Shown: in pieces, positions 61,962 to 64,000 of the stretch
Layout of the letters: each line of letters begins with the position of its first letter
Position numbering within the stretch: position 1 is the first letter of the stretch
From: Chthonomonadales bacterium
GTDB taxonomy: Bacteria; Armatimonadota; Chthonomonadetes; Chthonomonadales; CAJBBX01
Length of the DNA stretch: 64,000 nt
Assembly (NCBI GenBank): GCA_037443035.1
Contig: JBBIPC010000002.1
Coordinates: 1-64,000, forward strand
Direction of reading: 5' to 3'
Made by a program: the position numbers and the translations under genes
The notes under the pieces: generated by a model
Told to the model about the DNA's origin: nothing
Database searches by the model: none
Seen by the model: the letters and a program-made list of their open reading frames with translations, nothing else

Positions 61962-63407
61962 CTAACGCTGCAGGCGCAGACCTATCGTCGGAGTCGTTCG
62001 GCGCAGGATCCCCTCGGCACCGACCCACAGCGAGAAATCGTCATTCAGTTTGAAGAACGCCCGCGAATCTACCTGCAGATTGTTAGGATCGAACACATCC
62101 AGCCGCATGCCGACTCCTTGCGGCGCGTTCATGTCAAGCCCCAGGCCGAGCTTGCCTGCATACAGACCGTAACGGAACTCTCCGATACCTGCCAAAGGCG
62201 TTTCGTACTGCGCCGTTAGCTTGTTTCCTTCAGCGAAATCATAGACTCCCACATGGAAGGCATTCATCTTCCCTATAGGAAACCGTACGTCCACATTGGA
62301 GCGGAAGTGCGGACGCTGCCCTCGTCCGCCGAACTCTATTCCGAGCTGCGGCTGGCCTATGCCGAAACGAGGTGTCGCCGAAGGAAGGTTCAGCCTCTCC
62401 ACCAACTTGGAGACATCCGCTGCGACCTTCCTGCCGCTCTCCGTAGTATCCCGCACCGCCGCGAGCGTCGCCTTGAGATCCCCCTGTACCTCCACATCAC
62501 CCAGCAGCACATGCACGTCCGACGCTACCTGATTGATGCGGGCCATGGTCGCCCGCGTAAGATCCAGCGTCTCCTGCAGCGATTGCTGAAGTCGCGGGTC
62601 ATTCACCTGCTCTGCCAGCCTCGTCACTAGCCCGCGGGCGGCATCTACCGTATCTGTGAAGCGTTGGAGCAGATCGAAGAGCCCTGAGATCAGTTGATCT
62701 ACCTTCCCGCTGTTGCGCTTGGTCAGGGACTCCAGCTCGGTGCCCAGCATCGTCGTGGTGTGCCGTGCCTGAGATGCCATGACCTCGAGATCACGCAGCA
62801 CACTCCGGAGGGTCCGCTCCAACTGAGGATCAGCCGCCATCCGTCGCCCACGCGCTGTGATCGCGGCTAGGTCCGCGGTCATCGCCTCCGTGCGTCTCAG
62901 TATACCTTCTACATGCTGCATAGAGCGATCGAGCTTGGGGGTCAAGGTCTCCAGTGCCGCGGAGAAGCGTTTCAGGATTTGGTCAGTCTCAGGGGAAAGC
63001 TGAGCAAGAGGGCTGATAGGCGCCGCGCCCGCATACACCCTTCCGGGCTGCATGGTGGAGGCGGACTTGCCCGGGAGAATCTCCACCTGCGGGTTGACAA
63101 CCAGGAGACCGGTCGTTATGACAATCGAGGAGTCCTCGGGTATGGCGTTCCGGTACTGATTGCCGATACGTAGCGTTACGACGGGTTTGCGGGTCGTCAG
63201 GTCCAGCTCTATGCCCTTGACCTCACCGATCTTCACCCCGCTCATCCGCACAGGCGCCTGGAGTTGCAGCCCCCGTGTGTCGTCGAACCGGACCGTCAGC
63301 GGGAAGGTGTTCCAATCCTGGTGGGCGAGATACGCCCACGCGGCCAGCAAGCCCGCCAATCCGAGGATGGCAGCGATCCCTACCTTGACCGTTGCCTTCA
63401 GGTCCAT
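61962..63407 (-). CDS. MlaD/MCE family protein with long helical region
   Basis: N-terminal TM; FDDTRGL..QAPVRMSGVKIGEV MCE motif; coiled coil followed by a beta-rich C-terminus. Confidence 0.85.
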   Translation of the reverse strand: MDLKATVKVGIAAILGLAGLLAAWAYLAHQDWNTFPLTVRFDDTRGLQLQAPVRMSGVKIGEVKGIELDLTTRKPVVTLRIGNQYRNAIPEDSSIVITTGLLVVNPQVEILPGKSASTMQPGRVYAGAAPISPLAQLSPETDQILKRFSAALETLTPKLDRSMQHVEGILRRTEAMTADLAAITARGRRMAADPQLERTLRSVLRDLEVMASQARHTTTMLGTELESLTKRNSGKVDQLISGLFDLLQRFTDTVDAARGLVTRLAEQVNDPRLQQSLQETLDLTRATMARINQVASDVHVLLGDVEVQGDLKATLAAVRDTTESGRKVAADVSKLVERLNLPSATPRFGIGQPQLGIEFGGRGQRPHFRSNVDVRFPIGKMNAFHVGVYDFAEGNKLTAQYETPLAGIGEFRYGLYAGKLGLGLDMNAPQGVGMRLDVFDPNNLQVDSRAFFKLNDDFSLWVGAEGILRRTTPTIGLRLQR

Positions 63408-64000
63408 CAAAGCGCGTTCTCCATCGTCGTCAGCGGCGGACGGTTCAGATTATCGTACCCGTTATCGCCGTAGATGAACTCCCGCACCTTGGGTAGGTCG
63501 GAGTTGCGTACTTCCTCCGGTGTTCCAATGGTGAGCAACACACCGACATCCAGCATCGCGATACGGTCCGAGATGCGGAAGATGGTCTCGATGTCGTGGG
63601 ACACCACCACAGAGGTGACGCCATAGGTGTCCCGGGTCCGCACAATGAGGTCATCGATCGCTCGTCCGATAACAGGGTCGAGGCCGCTCGTCGGCTCGTC
63701 GTACAGGAGCACGGAGGGTTCCATGGCGAGAGCACGTGCCAAGCCGACGCGCTTCTGCATACCTCCGGAAAGCTCAGACGGATACAATTCCTCCGTGCCA
63801 GCCAAGTTCACATCCTCCAGGCGACGTGCTACGACTTGGCGCAATTCGGCCATCGGGATGCGCCTGTGATGCTGCACTCCGAAAGCCACGTTCTCGAACA
63901 CGGTCATGGAATCGAACAGGGCTGCATACTGAAAGACGAATCCGAACCGTAGGCGGATGCGGTCCAGCTCCGATTCGGGAAGGCGGACAATGTCTTCTCC
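63407..64000 (-). CDS. ABC transporter ATP-binding protein (MlaF/Ttg2A-like), 5'-truncated by window edge
   Basis: GFVFQYAALFDSMTVFENVAF, LSGGMQKRVGLARAL, YDEPTSGLDP; frame open to 64000. Confidence 0.9.
   Translation of the reverse strand, partial: GEDIVRLPESELDRIRLRFGFVFQYAALFDSMTVFENVAFGVQHHRRIPMAELRQVVARRLEDVNLAGTEELYPSELSGGMQKRVGLARALAMEPSVLLYDEPTSGLDPVIGRAIDDLIVRTRDTYGVTSVVVSHDIETIFRISDRIAMLDVGVLLTIGTPEEVRNSDLPKVREFIYGDNGYDNLNRPPLTTMENAL

Overview
This is a GC-rich (visually about 63%), gene-dense chromosomal segment from a diderm bacterium. It is most likely Armatimonadota, inferred from two '[31 protein letters not shown] ... H-X9-DG' prepilin-like genes and many secreted glycoside hydrolases. 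Housekeeping genes include rarA, glyQ, leuB, rsgA, dgt, msrA, uvrA, trxA, purD, dnaB, rplI and mlaD/mlaF-like genes. Also present are a MacAB-TolC-type exporter operon, an 11-subunit complex I operon (nuoABCDHIJKLM-N, no nuoEFG), and carbohydrate-active enzymes (GH29, GH4, GH3, GH36 and unassigned GH-like proteins). No rRNA, tRNA, transposase or CRISPR array was seen. Most notable: (1) a clear TPP riboswitch that controls a type IV prepilin-like H-X9-DG protein co-transcribed with thiamine diphosphokinase, suggesting pilin-based vitamin capture; (2) a tightly coupled four-gene uncharacterised membrane complex (DUF6754 cluster) with a beta-propeller domain inserted in one subunit; (3) a GH36 glycosidase gene translationally coupled between nuoM and nuoN; (4) a dispersed 39-bp GTAG-hairpin repeat with a compensatory base change; (5) a KimA/YdaO-like permease broken by a stop codon plus a frameshift. 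All family assignments come from motif recognition by eye, not database searches.
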